Part shown: piece after piece, positions 1 to 9,612 of the stretch
Layout of the letters: each line of letters starts with the position of its first letter
Numbering within the stretch: the stretch's first letter is position 1
DNA from: a bacterium
GTDB taxonomy: Bacteria > SZUA-182 > DTGQ01
Length of the DNA: 64,000 nt
Assembly: GCA_040755755.1 (NCBI GenBank)
Contig: JBFLZW010000002.1
Location: forward strand, 66,397-130,396
Direction of reading: 5' to 3'
Translations under genes and position numbers: made by a program
Notes under the pieces: model-generated
Database searches by the model: none
Seen by the model: the letters and a program-made list of their open reading frames with translations, nothing else
Told to the model about the DNA's origin: nothing

Positions 1-465
1 GTCGTACTTTTCCACTTTTGGCTTTTCATGCTCATCGTATTCAACCCAAAGGTCCGCTTTCCCATCTTTGTTGCTATCCCTGCTGGTGGCGGCCACTTTT
101 TCGTTCTTTCCCAGTTGAACCCAGAGGTCAACGATACCGTTGGCATCCTGGTCCTGCTCCTGCCTTGCCCTGATTCCCTGCTCAAAATAGTCCCAGGTAT
201 CTTTTTTCCCATCAAAATTGGTATCCCGGATCATGGTCAGTATCTTCCCTGACTGGTAGGTCTGCCAGGTATCGATCCTGCCATCGAAATTATCATCAAT
301 CTCGACTCTTTGCAGATTCCCCTGCTCGCTGTAATAGCCCCAGAGGTCAGGCTTCCCATCGTTATTCTTGTCTTCAGTGTGGGGTTTGGCCAGCAGCACG
401 GCGGGATGCAGAAGAATAATCAGCCCAAAGGCCATAAGCCAGGCAAGAGCACGCATTTTTTTCAT
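1..465 (-). CDS. Secreted repeat protein (partial, runs off window start) with six DxDG-type calcium-binding-like repeats
   Basis: Minus-strand ATG at 463-465 and open to position 1. Translation begins MKKMRALAWLMAFGLIILL (signal peptide), followed by NDGKPDLW / FDGRIDTW / FDGKKDTW / KDGKADLW repeats. It is absent from the ORF track only because it has no stop inside the window. Confidence 0.55.
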   Translation of the reverse strand, partial: MKKMRALAWLMAFGLIILLHPAVLLAKPHTEDKNNDGKPDLWGYYSEQGNLQRVEIDDNFDGRIDTWQTYQSGKILTMIRDTNFDGKKDTWDYFEQGIRARQEQDQDANGIVDLWVQLGKNEKVAATSRDSNKDGKADLWVEYDEHEKPKVEKYD

Positions 466-510
466 CTTTCTTAATTCTCCCGAAAGTCGAAACTTACGCT
501 GTCCTGGAAA

Positions 511-580
511 TAAAAAAGCCATGAATCTTCTCTCCGGCCTTTTCTTGCCGGAAGAAGCCTTCATGGCTTCAGCTTTTTTC
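511..580. terminator. Imperfect hairpin flanked by an A-run and a T-run (bidirectional terminator-like)
   Basis: aaaaaagccatgaatcttctctccggcc ... ccggaagaagccttcatggct ... tcagctttttt. Confidence 0.3.
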
Positions 581-799
581 TCGTTTTGTACGGCAGCCAC
601 CCATTTTTTCACCCCAGGTGAGCTGCCGGGAAATCAGACCAGCTTTTTATAAGCGGTAATTTATTGCCAGACGGTGCTTTTCCCGACCATCAAGGTTGTA
701 ATGTAATCTTCCTGATTACAGACAATGACCAATACCAGAGATAAATTATGTTTTAACAATACCAGGAGACAGCCATTTTGTCAAGACCAGTTTTTTTAG

Positions 800-867
800 T
801 GGTCAGTGATCAGTGATCAGTGGTCAGAAAAAAAGAAAGTCTTTATTCTGGCTCCTGGCTCCTGATT
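800..867. repeat. Heptamer-based intergenic repeat, family A (CAGTGAT / CTGGCTC-CTCCTGA modules)
   Basis: ggtcagtgatcagtgatcagtggtcag - A-run - ctggctcctggctcctga. Related mosaic copies lie at 9488-9612 and 15868-15963. Confidence 0.6.
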
Positions 868-953
868 AAAATTTTATGATTTTCTTGAGAGCAATAAACA
901 AAATAATATGGTATACTATTTCTGGTTAATAGAATAAAAAAGGGGGGGATACT

Positions 954-2048
954 ATGGCGGGCATCAGAAAAAAGGCAGGTCTCTTGCTTGGTATGATTCT
1001 TGGCATGATTTTCCTTTTCGGCGTCTCTTCTGCACTGGCGGCTTTTCCGCCTGTCCAGCCGGCACAGGGGCCGGGAGGTGCGGACTACATTCATGGCAGG
1101 GTTATCAAAACGGTCCAGGGCTCCGGCGACCAGGCATATTATCTCTTCGAGCCGGATGAGCCAAGGCCGGATACTGCACCTTTGATTGTCTTTCTCCACG
1201 GCTGGGGAGGAACCAATCCGGACTATTACCATACCTGGATCGAACATCTGGTGAAGAAAGGTAATATCGTTGTCTTTCCGGTCTATCAATCCTGGGGTTC
1301 CCTGCTGAGCAGCAACAGGTACAACTCCAATTGCCTTGAGGCGATCACGGCGGCAATCAGGATGTTGCAGAGCGGGGACCATGTCAGGCCAGACCTTGAC
1401 CGTCTGGCCATTGTCGGGCATTCGGTTGGAGGAATCCTGGCCCTCAACATTGCAGTCCTGGCCCAACAGTCCGGATTACCTGTTCCCAAGGCGATTATGT
1501 CGGTTGAGCCCAAACGGGCTCCGATGCTCTCCCTGGAGGATGTATCCGCTATTTCCTCCCGCACCCTGCTTCTGGTGGTCACAGGCGACCAGGATGGCCT
1601 CTCGTCCGATGATGCAGCCAGGATTTTCCGCAACACGAGCCAGATACCGCTGAAGAATAAGGATTTTGTAACCCTGGTTTCCGATGATTACGGGGATCCT
1701 CCCCTGATTGCCGATCATCTGGCCCCGGTCAGCAACGCTGCCGGCGGCAGAATCTTGCTGGGCATTGTCGGCACGGCCTGCACCGATGCCCTCGACTATT
1801 ACGGCACCTGGAAGCTGTTCGATGCTCTTACCGATGCCGCTTTCTTCGGAAAGAACCGGGAATATGCCCTGGGAAATACCGTCCAGCAGCGGTACATGGG
1901 AAGGTGGAGTGACGGCAGGCCGGTAAAGGAATTGATTATTACCGATCATCCCCAGCCAAGATCACGGAACGGGTTGAGACAGCTTATTCCACGGTTAAGG
2001 TCCCGGGAGCGACAAAGTGCGGAGACTGGACATCGGGGTGGCTCCTGA
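954..2048 (+). CDS. Secreted alpha/beta-hydrolase (esterase/lipase-like)
   Basis: Signal peptide, then HGWGG and GHSVGG (GxSxG nucleophile) motifs. RBS aaaaggggggg lies upstream of the ATG. Confidence 0.75.
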   Translation: MAGIRKKAGLLLGMILGMIFLFGVSSALAAFPPVQPAQGPGGADYIHGRVIKTVQGSGDQAYYLFEPDEPRPDTAPLIVFLHGWGGTNPDYYHTWIEHLVKKGNIVVFPVYQSWGSLLSSNRYNSNCLEAITAAIRMLQSGDHVRPDLDRLAIVGHSVGGILALNIAVLAQQSGLPVPKAIMSVEPKRAPMLSLEDVSAISSRTLLLVVTGDQDGLSSDDAARIFRNTSQIPLKNKDFVTLVSDDYGDPPLIADHLAPVSNAAGGRILLGIVGTACTDALDYYGTWKLFDALTDAAFFGKNREYALGNTVQQRYMGRWSDGRPVKELIITDHPQPRSRNGLRQLIPRLRSRERQSAETGHRGGS

Positions 2049-3153
2049 GAAAGCGCTGGATATTCAGGAGATCATCCAGGTTCAGGCAGCGGTGGGACGG
2101 AGGTTTGCGGTCCAGGTACGAACCGAGCCGGACATCGTGCTCGAAAACCCTGCAGGCCGCTGGTACTTTCCAGACCGGTAATCCGCAGTATTCGAACAGT
2201 GCCTTGACCACCTCGTGAGGTCTGGCTATCAAATCCTCGTAGCGCAGGCCGATCATGGGAACACCCCGCCGGTAGAGGTCCAGGTAGCGGTGCATGACCG
2301 ACAGCCACATAATGAGGGCAATGCCCACACTGCCGAGATCTTTATAGGCCCTGGATGGGTAATCCTGAATGAGTGGAATAAGGCGGCTCATCGATTTCTT
2401 CCTCCGGGCGATGAACAACCGGAGCCAGAATCTGGCAAGGTGCGATTGCTGTGCCGCCCGGAATGTCCTGCCCCAAAATCCCTGATCACCGAAGGCGCGG
2501 ATCAGGGACTCAATCACATCCTCTGCATTCCGGTAGAGGAATATGTTCCGTGCCTGGGGAAAGATGCCGTGCATGAGGTCTCCAAGCTCGATGCCGAAAC
2601 TGCGGAACTTGATCGCCAGATTGGGCTTGCGTCCGCCTGCGCCAGGCTTGCCGAGAATGCGGGTGCAATCACGGAGCAGCCTGGAAAGCTCAGAATCGCG
2701 GCTCCCATCAGGATTTCGCAGGCCAACCACCTGAGTAAAAATATCCGGCTCGGACAGACTGACAACTCCAGGCACCTGATTGAACACCCTGCTGAGCAGC
2801 GTGGAGCCGCAACGCCCTACCGAATAGATAAGAATAAGGTTGTCAAACGGGTCGCCCATCGCCCTGGCCAGTGAGTGTATATCCTCATAGGACACGGCAA
2901 CCAGCCGGATGGCGTGCTGAAACTGAGCCTGATAATAAAAGGGTGCTTTGGAAAGGTCAATGCCGGGTGATGTTTCAACGAAAATCACCCGCTTTCCTGG
3001 ATCATCCAGACAATACGGGCTGATGTCAGGATTGCTGATAATAACTCCAGGGTCAATGCTCTCCCCCTCCTGGCAGCGAAAGTTGCTGAACCGGGCCCAG
3101 CTTTCCGGAGGAAGAGAAAGCTTTCGCTTAATATGCAAAACCTTTGCGCTCAT
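1984..3153 (-). CDS. Sulfotransferase-family protein
   Basis: YSVGRCGSTLLSRVF matches the 5'-PSB P-loop-like motif and YRNAEDVIESL is 3'-PB-like. The 389-aa size fits. Confidence 0.55.
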   Translation of the reverse strand: MSAKVLHIKRKLSLPPESWARFSNFRCQEGESIDPGVIISNPDISPYCLDDPGKRVIFVETSPGIDLSKAPFYYQAQFQHAIRLVAVSYEDIHSLARAMGDPFDNLILIYSVGRCGSTLLSRVFNQVPGVVSLSEPDIFTQVVGLRNPDGSRDSELSRLLRDCTRILGKPGAGGRKPNLAIKFRSFGIELGDLMHGIFPQARNIFLYRNAEDVIESLIRAFGDQGFWGRTFRAAQQSHLARFWLRLFIARRKKSMSRLIPLIQDYPSRAYKDLGSVGIALIMWLSVMHRYLDLYRRGVPMIGLRYEDLIARPHEVVKALFEYCGLPVWKVPAACRVFEHDVRLGSYLDRKPPSHRCLNLDDLLNIQRFLRSHPDVQSPHFVAPGTLTVE

Positions 3154-3344
3154 GGATGTATAAATTTATCTGGTTATTTGCCTGTTGCTTATCTGACTGC
3201 ATGAGGATACGGTAACTTCAACCAGCATCATTTACGACTGATGATTTTCTTTCGGTTTATCTTGCTATTTCTCATGACCCTGAAAGCAGGGAAACTGATA
3301 AAAAGGCTGGCAATTATCGAAATATTTTTCAACCGAGAGCCCGT

Positions 3345-4241
3345 TCAGACAGCATTATTCACAAAATCCCAGAATGCCTGAGCTGGCGGAGAGAGGGTTT
3401 TCGCCAGGAGGTGCACCAGATAGAAATTCCGGGTGAGCCGGACATCGGACAGAGGGACGGATTTAACCATATTGGCCCTGGTCTCGAAGGCAAGGGCGGC
3501 CTTGGGGATAAACGAAATGCCAAGACCGGCAATCACGGCCCGCTTCACCGCCTCGATGCTGCCCAGCTCAGCCACAATCTGAAGCTCGCCGCGAGAAAGG
3601 TTTATCCGGGACAACTCGTTTTCGAAAAGACGTCTGGTCCCCGATCCCTCCTCTCTCAGAATGAGGGGAAACTCCATCACCTGCGCCAGCGTGATCTTTG
3701 GCGGCATTTGAGGAAAATGGGCAGGAGAATAGGTGAGCAGAAGCTCGTCAGTACCCATAATGCAGGAGGTAAACTGCTCTTCATCGGGTGTACTGCCGAC
3801 AGCCCCAAGCTCTATTCTCCCCAGGCAGATATCGTGGAAAATACTGCCCGTATTTCCCGAGGCCATATGAACGGTGACCTTTGGGTAAGTCTTGAGAAAC
3901 CTGACAATTATTTCCGGCAGGATATAGGAGGCCGGAATCGTGCTTGCACCAAGGCCGATTGTTCCCTCGATCCTGCCCAGAAAATTGTTGACCGCACACA
4001 TGGCTTCCTTCCGGGAAGCGATGACCTTCAATCCCTGCCGGTACAGGACTTCGCCCACCGGGGTAAGATGGACCCGGCCTTTGCGGCGGTCGAAAACCTG
4101 AGCCCCGATTTCGGATTCGACCGTCTTGATATGGGTGCTGACCGTGGACTGGCTGATGCCAAGAGTCTGCGCAGCTTCCGAGAAGCTCCCCAGCTCGGCA
4201 CAGGTGCAGAAAACCTCCAGATGATGGATATCGATATTCAT
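3345..4241 (-). CDS. LysR-family transcriptional regulator
   Basis: N-terminal HTH (LEVFCTCAELGSFSEAAQTLGISQSTVSTHIKTVE) followed by a LysR substrate-binding domain. Confidence 0.9.
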   Translation of the reverse strand: MNIDIHHLEVFCTCAELGSFSEAAQTLGISQSTVSTHIKTVESEIGAQVFDRRKGRVHLTPVGEVLYRQGLKVIASRKEAMCAVNNFLGRIEGTIGLGASTIPASYILPEIIVRFLKTYPKVTVHMASGNTGSIFHDICLGRIELGAVGSTPDEEQFTSCIMGTDELLLTYSPAHFPQMPPKITLAQVMEFPLILREEGSGTRRLFENELSRINLSRGELQIVAELGSIEAVKRAVIAGLGISFIPKAALAFETRANMVKSVPLSDVRLTRNFYLVHLLAKTLSPPAQAFWDFVNNAV

Positions 4242-4277
4242 AGAGAACTATCCTTTCTTATCTCCTTATTGTGTACT

Positions 4278-4979
4278 TTACTGGATATTATTATTATACG
4301 ATAGCTCGACTACCGTGTCAGCAATTCTCTTCACCTGATCCAGGTAATGGGAAACCGTCAGGATGGTGCAATGTTCTTTAATGTTCAGCAAAAGCTCCTC
4401 AATGACAGCTCCGGCTTTGCTATCCAAAGATGAAGTGGGTTCATCGAGGAGCAGGATTTCCGGTTCCAGAACCAGTGCCCGGGCAATACAAAGGCGTTGC
4501 TGCTGCCCGCCGGATAGAGCAAGTGCACTGTCTGCCAGCCGGTTTTTAACTTCCTCCCACAGATGGGCATTCTTCAGAGCCTGTTCAACCTTGTGACCGA
4601 TGAGACTTTTGTCTTTTATTCCAGCCAGTTTTAAGGGAAAGGCGACATTTTTATAAATGCTCATCAGCAAAGGATTGGGCACCTGAAAGACCATGCCGAC
4701 CGTCCGCCGTAATTGCGGCAGGGGATAGGACCGGCTATAAATATCATGGAAATTCCCATTAAATTTAATTTCTACCATCCCCTTCATTTTAGCCCCTGGT
4801 ATGCCTTCCCACAATCGATTGAGGGTCATCAGAAAGGTCGATTTACCGACCCCTGAAGGACCGATGATGGCAGTGATGGAATTTTCGATAAACTGGACTG
4901 TAATATCGCGAAGGACATAGTGATCATGGTATGAAAAATAGAGATGCGCAGTTTTTATCTTTACCGTCTTCTCATCCAT
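4278..4979 (-). CDS. pstB: Phosphate ABC transporter ATP-binding protein PstB
   Basis: Walker A GPSGVGKST, signature LSGGQQQRL, Walker B LLLDEP. The start was taken at the internal MDEKTVKI. Confidence 0.9.
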   Translation of the reverse strand: MDEKTVKIKTAHLYFSYHDHYVLRDITVQFIENSITAIIGPSGVGKSTFLMTLNRLWEGIPGAKMKGMVEIKFNGNFHDIYSRSYPLPQLRRTVGMVFQVPNPLLMSIYKNVAFPLKLAGIKDKSLIGHKVEQALKNAHLWEEVKNRLADSALALSGGQQQRLCIARALVLEPEILLLDEPTSSLDSKAGAVIEELLLNIKEHCTILTVSHYLDQVKRIADTVVELSYNNNIQ

Positions 4980-4984
4980 AGGGC

Positions 4985-5866
4985 TCAGACGCGATAGAGG
5001 ATTTGATAGGCCAACTGCCTTTTGATGACAAAGGCAAGCAGAAAGAGAACAATGCAAATAGTCAGGAGAATGAGCGAAGCTCCATATCCGGTCAAAAGTT
5101 CCCGGGTGTTTGAATATTCGGAGGAGATGTAATAGATGTAAAATGGGAGCGCTTCATAGGGTGAAAGCAAAGACCTGGGCAATCCGGCTGTAGCCACGAC
5201 GCCGGTGAGCATGATCACGGCTGTGTCTTCTGCACAACGGCCGATGGCCAGGACAAGGCCGCTCAGGATGCCTGAGAGCGATTGAGGAATGAGGACATAA
5301 AAGATGTTCTGAAGCTTTGTGCCCCCCAGAGCCAGGGCTGTAAGGCGTGTCTTTAAAGGCAGGCTTTCCAGAGAAACCTGAGTTGCGCGAATGATATATG
5401 GCAAGACCAAAAAAGAGAGGGATAGACTGGAGATCAAAAGGGAGGGATAGATGCGCTCGGAGTAGTGTTTATGCAGGAAAACAGCCAGGGCAAATCCTGA
5501 GAGACCAATCACGATCGAAGGAATGCTGGCCAGAATATCGAAAAAGAGATTGAAAAAGGTTTTTGTTTTACCCTGAGCATACTCCGCCAGGTAGATGCCG
5601 CAAGCCAGTCCCACCGGAGCCGCCCAACTGACAGATAAGACTACGAGACAGATGGTCCCTGCCATAGCCGGAAACAGGCCGTGAAAGACCTGTTTCCGGA
5701 AAATGAGCGCTTCGAGAGGCCTGGTTTCACCAAAGACAAGCTGCATATTTACCGTGCCAATACCTTTGAAAATCAGATAACCGATAATATACGAAATAAC
5801 GCTTACCAGAGTTATTCCACATATCCACGAAAAGACTACCACCAGCTTCTCTCCTGCCCGGTTCAC
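4985..5866 (-). CDS. pstA: Phosphate ABC transporter permease PstA
   Basis: Polytopic permease adjacent to pstB and pstC. Confidence 0.85.
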   Translation of the reverse strand: MNRAGEKLVVVFSWICGITLVSVISYIIGYLIFKGIGTVNMQLVFGETRPLEALIFRKQVFHGLFPAMAGTICLVVLSVSWAAPVGLACGIYLAEYAQGKTKTFFNLFFDILASIPSIVIGLSGFALAVFLHKHYSERIYPSLLISSLSLSFLVLPYIIRATQVSLESLPLKTRLTALALGGTKLQNIFYVLIPQSLSGILSGLVLAIGRCAEDTAVIMLTGVVATAGLPRSLLSPYEALPFYIYYISSEYSNTRELLTGYGASLILLTICIVLFLLAFVIKRQLAYQILYRV

Positions 5867-6729
5867 CTTTTTTCTCTCCCATCCCCTGATCCTGACAACG
5901 ACCGGGCTCCCAAAACAAGAATGGTCGTAAACAGATAAAGCACTATACCACAGGCAAAGATGGATTTAAATTCCAGACTTTCATAATCAGCGGCGAACAC
6001 CAGGGCGATGTGAGATGTCAAAGTTCTGGCTGAATCCAGAACCGAGCCGGGAATCTGAATTGCATTTCCGGCAAGCATCAAGGCAATAAGGGTATCGCCG
6101 AGAGATCGCCCCAGGGCAAGAATGAACCCGGTCAGGACACCCCTAAAGGCGCAGGGCAGGATGACATACAGAAATTTTTGCACTTCGGTTGCGCCTAAAG
6201 CGTCAGCAGCATCACGGTAGGATTTTGGCACATGATCAAAGCTATCGGTGAAAAACAGGATCATGGTCGGAGAAATAAGGACCGCCAGCATCAATGAAGC
6301 GGAGAGGATGCACATTCCTGAACCGCTCTGGAACATTTCCCTGATTCTGGGAACCAGAAGGAACACGCCTACAAACCCATACACAACCGTGGGTATGCCT
6401 GTCATAAGCTGAACCGCTTTTCGCAGGAACCGGCTGAATATTGCGGGACCAAGAACACTGATCAGTGCGGAACACCCCAAACTCAGCGGAAAAGCGAAGA
6501 CCAGGCTCAAACCGGCAATAGTCAGCGTGCCCGCGATCATGGGATAAATACCGTATGAACCGGAAGCGGGTTCCCACGGCTGAGCCAGGAGGTCAAAAAA
6601 ATGTCCCCCTCTGATGAGAGGGAGACCCAGGAACACCATGAATCCCAAAATGATAATAGTTAGAGAAACACTGACCACTGCCGAGAGGAGAAACAGTTTC
6701 TCGGCGATCTTTTCACGGATGGTAACCAT
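5863..6729 (-). CDS. pstC: Phosphate ABC transporter permease PstC
   Basis: Polytopic permease with 4-nt overlap onto pstA. Confidence 0.85.
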   Translation of the reverse strand: MVTIREKIAEKLFLLSAVVSVSLTIIILGFMVFLGLPLIRGGHFFDLLAQPWEPASGSYGIYPMIAGTLTIAGLSLVFAFPLSLGCSALISVLGPAIFSRFLRKAVQLMTGIPTVVYGFVGVFLLVPRIREMFQSGSGMCILSASLMLAVLISPTMILFFTDSFDHVPKSYRDAADALGATEVQKFLYVILPCAFRGVLTGFILALGRSLGDTLIALMLAGNAIQIPGSVLDSARTLTSHIALVFAADYESLEFKSIFACGIVLYLFTTILVLGARSLSGSGDGREKR

Positions 6730-6744
6730 GTGAATGGGCTGTAA

Positions 6745-7581
6745 TCATTTGACCGGGATAAAGCCATTGCTTTCAACGATCTTCTGACCTTCGGGCGTGA
6801 AAAGATAATCGATGAACTTTTTCGTCAGACCTGAAGGCTGGCCTTTGGTATTGCTGTACAACCCTCGACTGACGGTGTACTTGCCCTGTTTTACGTTATC
6901 CAGAGTTGGCAATACCCCATCGAAAGCTACCGGGGCCACCGTCTCATCGATATGGCCCACAGAGACATAGCCTATGCCATAAGGATCCTTTGCTATGGCT
7001 GATTTCATTGCTCCGTTGGAGGCGACAAAATTGGCTTTGGGAGTGATCGCCCCCTTGTCGAGGGCCTTTTCCCAGAAGACTTCACGGGTACCGCTTGCCT
7101 CGTCTCTTGTATAGACATTAATTCCCTTATCTGCTCCGCCAAGGAGTTTCCAGTTGTCGATCTTCCCTGAGAAGATATCAATAACCTGAGCTTTGGTCAG
7201 CTTTTTCACTTTGTTATCCGGATGATTAATGATACCTACACCGTCAATGGCCCACTGGAATATCGTGAGATTATACCTGGTAATTTCCTCATCGGTGGGT
7301 TTGCGTCCGGAATTCCCTATCTGGACCAGACCTTCCCCTACCTGCTTGATTCCAACCCCCGAACCACCACCGGCAATGGTTATCTGAATATCCGGATTGA
7401 CCTCCATAATCTTTTTGGCCGCCTCCTGCATCACCGGAATATGAGCTGTACCTCCGGCTATTTTCAAGGTTCCCTTTTCATCCCTGAAGGAGTCCAGTTC
7501 TCCAGCCTGTAAACTCATACCTGCGCCAATGATTAAACAAATCGTCATCGACAATGCAATCAGAATATACTTTCGCTTCAT
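6745..7581 (-). CDS. pstS: Phosphate-binding protein PstS
   Basis: Signal peptide followed by a PBP-like domain. RBS aggtaaggagag. Confidence 0.85.
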   Translation of the reverse strand: MKRKYILIALSMTICLIIGAGMSLQAGELDSFRDEKGTLKIAGGTAHIPVMQEAAKKIMEVNPDIQITIAGGGSGVGIKQVGEGLVQIGNSGRKPTDEEITRYNLTIFQWAIDGVGIINHPDNKVKKLTKAQVIDIFSGKIDNWKLLGGADKGINVYTRDEASGTREVFWEKALDKGAITPKANFVASNGAMKSAIAKDPYGIGYVSVGHIDETVAPVAFDGVLPTLDNVKQGKYTVSRGLYSNTKGQPSGLTKKFIDYLFTPEGQKIVESNGFIPVK

Positions 7582-7633
7582 GACACTCTCTCCTTACCTG
7601 ATGGTGATAATCGTAGAACTGGCAATACCAGTT

Positions 7634-8779
7634 TTAACTGTTATTTCTCATATAAGACTTCAGGACCTTGATGGCAATATCGATCTCCCGCTCGGTGTTA
7701 AAGTAGGAGAGGGAGAACCGGACCGTGCCGTGGGGAAAGGTGCCCAGGGTCTGGTGCGCCAGAGGCGCGCAGTGCAGGCCCGGCCTGGTGCATATTTCCC
7801 ACTCGCGGTCAAGGTAATGGGAAACCTCGGAAGCCATTGCCCCTTTCAGATTGAACGATACTACAGCCACCCGGTCGGCTTCGGGAGCATAAACCTGAGC
7901 TTCATCGATTTGCTTCAGCTTATCGAGCAGATAGTGTGTCAACTGATGCTCCCGGTCGATGATCTGCTCAAGCCCTTCGGCCAAAATGAATTCAATGCCG
8001 GCTGCAAGACCCGCGAATCCCGGAGTATTGACTGTCCCGGCCTCGAATTTATCCGGTGGAAAGTCCGGCTGGACGGTCTTTTCCGACAGGCTGCCGGTGC
8101 CGCCGCACAGAAAAGGCTCCAAGGTATCAGTATCCCTGATGATCAGAGCCCCGGTTCCCTGCGGTCCGAAAAGATGCTTATGCCCGGTTATGGCCAGAAA
8201 ATCGAATGGGGTCCTGGCCAGATCGATCTGTATTGCCCCGGCACCCTGGGCAGCATCGACCAGAAGCTTCACCCCCCTGGACCGGCTTACCTGGTATATC
8301 CCATCCAGGTCAAGCTTTGTGCCGCATACATTGGAAGCGGCGGTAACCGCAATGAGCCTGGTGTCAGCACTGATGGCTGCTTCGATCTTTTCCGCAGATA
8401 CCAGGCCGTTTCTGTCTCCCTCGACAATGGTGAGCCTGATCAGGCCCTTGTCTTTCAGGCGGTTGAGCGGCCTCAGAACGGAATTATGCTCCATCGAGGT
8501 GGCTATCGCCTCACCCCCTCCCGATGCCAGCGTCCCGTAAATAGCCAGATTCAATGCCTCGGTCGCATTTTTGGTCAGGATGATTTTTTCCGTTTCGGGA
8601 AAGTTGAAAAGCTCACCAATGGCCTCACGTGCCCGATAGATAATCTCGGCAGCCCTGATGGACAGAGAATGCGAAGACCTGCCCGGATTGGCATTGGCAT
8701 GCTTCAGACAATCGACCATAGCCTCGATCACTGATGGAGGCTTGGTGCCCGAAGTGGCTGCATGGTCAAAATAAATCAT
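7634..8779 (-). CDS. Cysteine desulfurase (aminotransferase class V, NifS/SufS-like; possible selenocysteine lyase)
   Basis: MIYFDHAATSGTKP, and the PLP-lysine context ITGHKHLFGPQGTGAL. Confidence 0.85.
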   Translation of the reverse strand: MIYFDHAATSGTKPPSVIEAMVDCLKHANANPGRSSHSLSIRAAEIIYRAREAIGELFNFPETEKIILTKNATEALNLAIYGTLASGGGEAIATSMEHNSVLRPLNRLKDKGLIRLTIVEGDRNGLVSAEKIEAAISADTRLIAVTAASNVCGTKLDLDGIYQVSRSRGVKLLVDAAQGAGAIQIDLARTPFDFLAITGHKHLFGPQGTGALIIRDTDTLEPFLCGGTGSLSEKTVQPDFPPDKFEAGTVNTPGFAGLAAGIEFILAEGLEQIIDREHQLTHYLLDKLKQIDEAQVYAPEADRVAVVSFNLKGAMASEVSHYLDREWEICTRPGLHCAPLAHQTLGTFPHGTVRFSLSYFNTEREIDIAIKVLKSYMRNNS

Positions 8780-8819
8780 GGCTGGTTCTCTGTTTGTGTT
8801 CTTTGCTGAAAGTGGGTAC

Positions 8820-9467
8820 CTAAATCGTAATCACTTTGGCTGATTTGAGCAAAGTTTCGGAAATATCGTACATGTTGGAAATCCTGCCAGCGCCAAGCTC
8901 CTGGGTGAGATTGAAGTAATTCAGGCAGGTTCCGCAGACCAGAAGCTCAATCCCTTTCTCTTCAAGCTCCTGCAGGCAGGACAGGGTCGGGGCTCCTTTA
9001 ACCGCCAGTTTCACTCCGCTGTTCATGAAACAGATGGTTTTCGGCTGGACGGACAGATCCCGGAGAGTAGCGACAAACGCATCGAGAAGGTTCATGCCCA
9101 GCTCATCACTGCCGGACCCGATCCGGTCCCTGGTGATAAAAACCGCCGTCCCGGTTCCGGAAGGATGATCGGTGCAGGAGTAATCTTCAGGCGCAAGCTC
9201 CACGGCTGACAGAGCGGTTTCCCGGCCAGCAGCCGGACTCTTTTGATCAGAGCCGCCCCTGGTATAAATGTGAAATTCGTTCCCTCGCTCTTCCACCCGG
9301 TCAATTTCAACCCCATTGCGCGTAAGAAACCGGGTGACATTCTCCTTCGAGGCCGCGCTGCTGACCATCACCACAAGAGGCTGACCAGCCGCCTGCTCGA
9401 AAGCTTCCTTTGTTTTCACTACTGGTTTGGGACAATCCAAACCCCGTGCATCAACCGTTATAGCCAT
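8820..9467 (-). CDS. YedF-like selenium/sulfur-metabolism protein (TusA-like N-domain with CPxP, fused to a DsrE/DsrF-like C-domain)
   Basis: N-terminal ARGLDCPKPVVKTKEAF (TusA CPxP motif). The C-terminal ~120 aa are DsrE-like. Confidence 0.7.
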   Translation of the reverse strand: MAITVDARGLDCPKPVVKTKEAFEQAAGQPLVVMVSSAASKENVTRFLTRNGVEIDRVEERGNEFHIYTRGGSDQKSPAAGRETALSAVELAPEDYSCTDHPSGTGTAVFITRDRIGSGSDELGMNLLDAFVATLRDLSVQPKTICFMNSGVKLAVKGAPTLSCLQELEEKGIELLVCGTCLNYFNLTQELGAGRISNMYDISETLLKSAKVITI

Positions 9468-9487
9468 GCGAAATCTCCTTATGTTCC

Positions 9488-9612
9488 TGCTGACTCCCAG
9501 CTCCTGACTTCTGACTACTCTTCACTGGCCACTGATCACTGGCCACTGGTCACTCTCTCCTGACTCCTGGCTTCTGGCTTCTGGCTCCCGACTCCTGACT
9601 CCTGACTCCTGC
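9488..9612. repeat. Heptamer repeat, family A copy (overlaps the 3' end of the activase ORF)
   Basis: ctcctgacttctgact...cactggccactgatcactggccactggtcact...ctcctgactcctggcttctggcttctggctcccgactcctgactcctgactcctg. Confidence 0.6.

Noticed and set aside
3411-4304. 297-aa ORF on the + strand
   Set aside because: It is antisense to the LysR regulator, which has a clear HTH and substrate-binding domain. It has no motifs of its own.
7529-8734. 401-aa ORF on the + strand
   Set aside because: It is antisense to the cysteine desulfurase gene and its translation is low-complexity, so it is an antisense frame artefact.
9488-9612. Possible CRISPR array (short direct repeats), also considered at 800-867, 15868-15963 and 47550-47625
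   Set aside because: The units are 7-nt tandem microsatellite-like repeats with no 25-40-nt unique spacers, no leader and no cas genes. They are not CRISPR.
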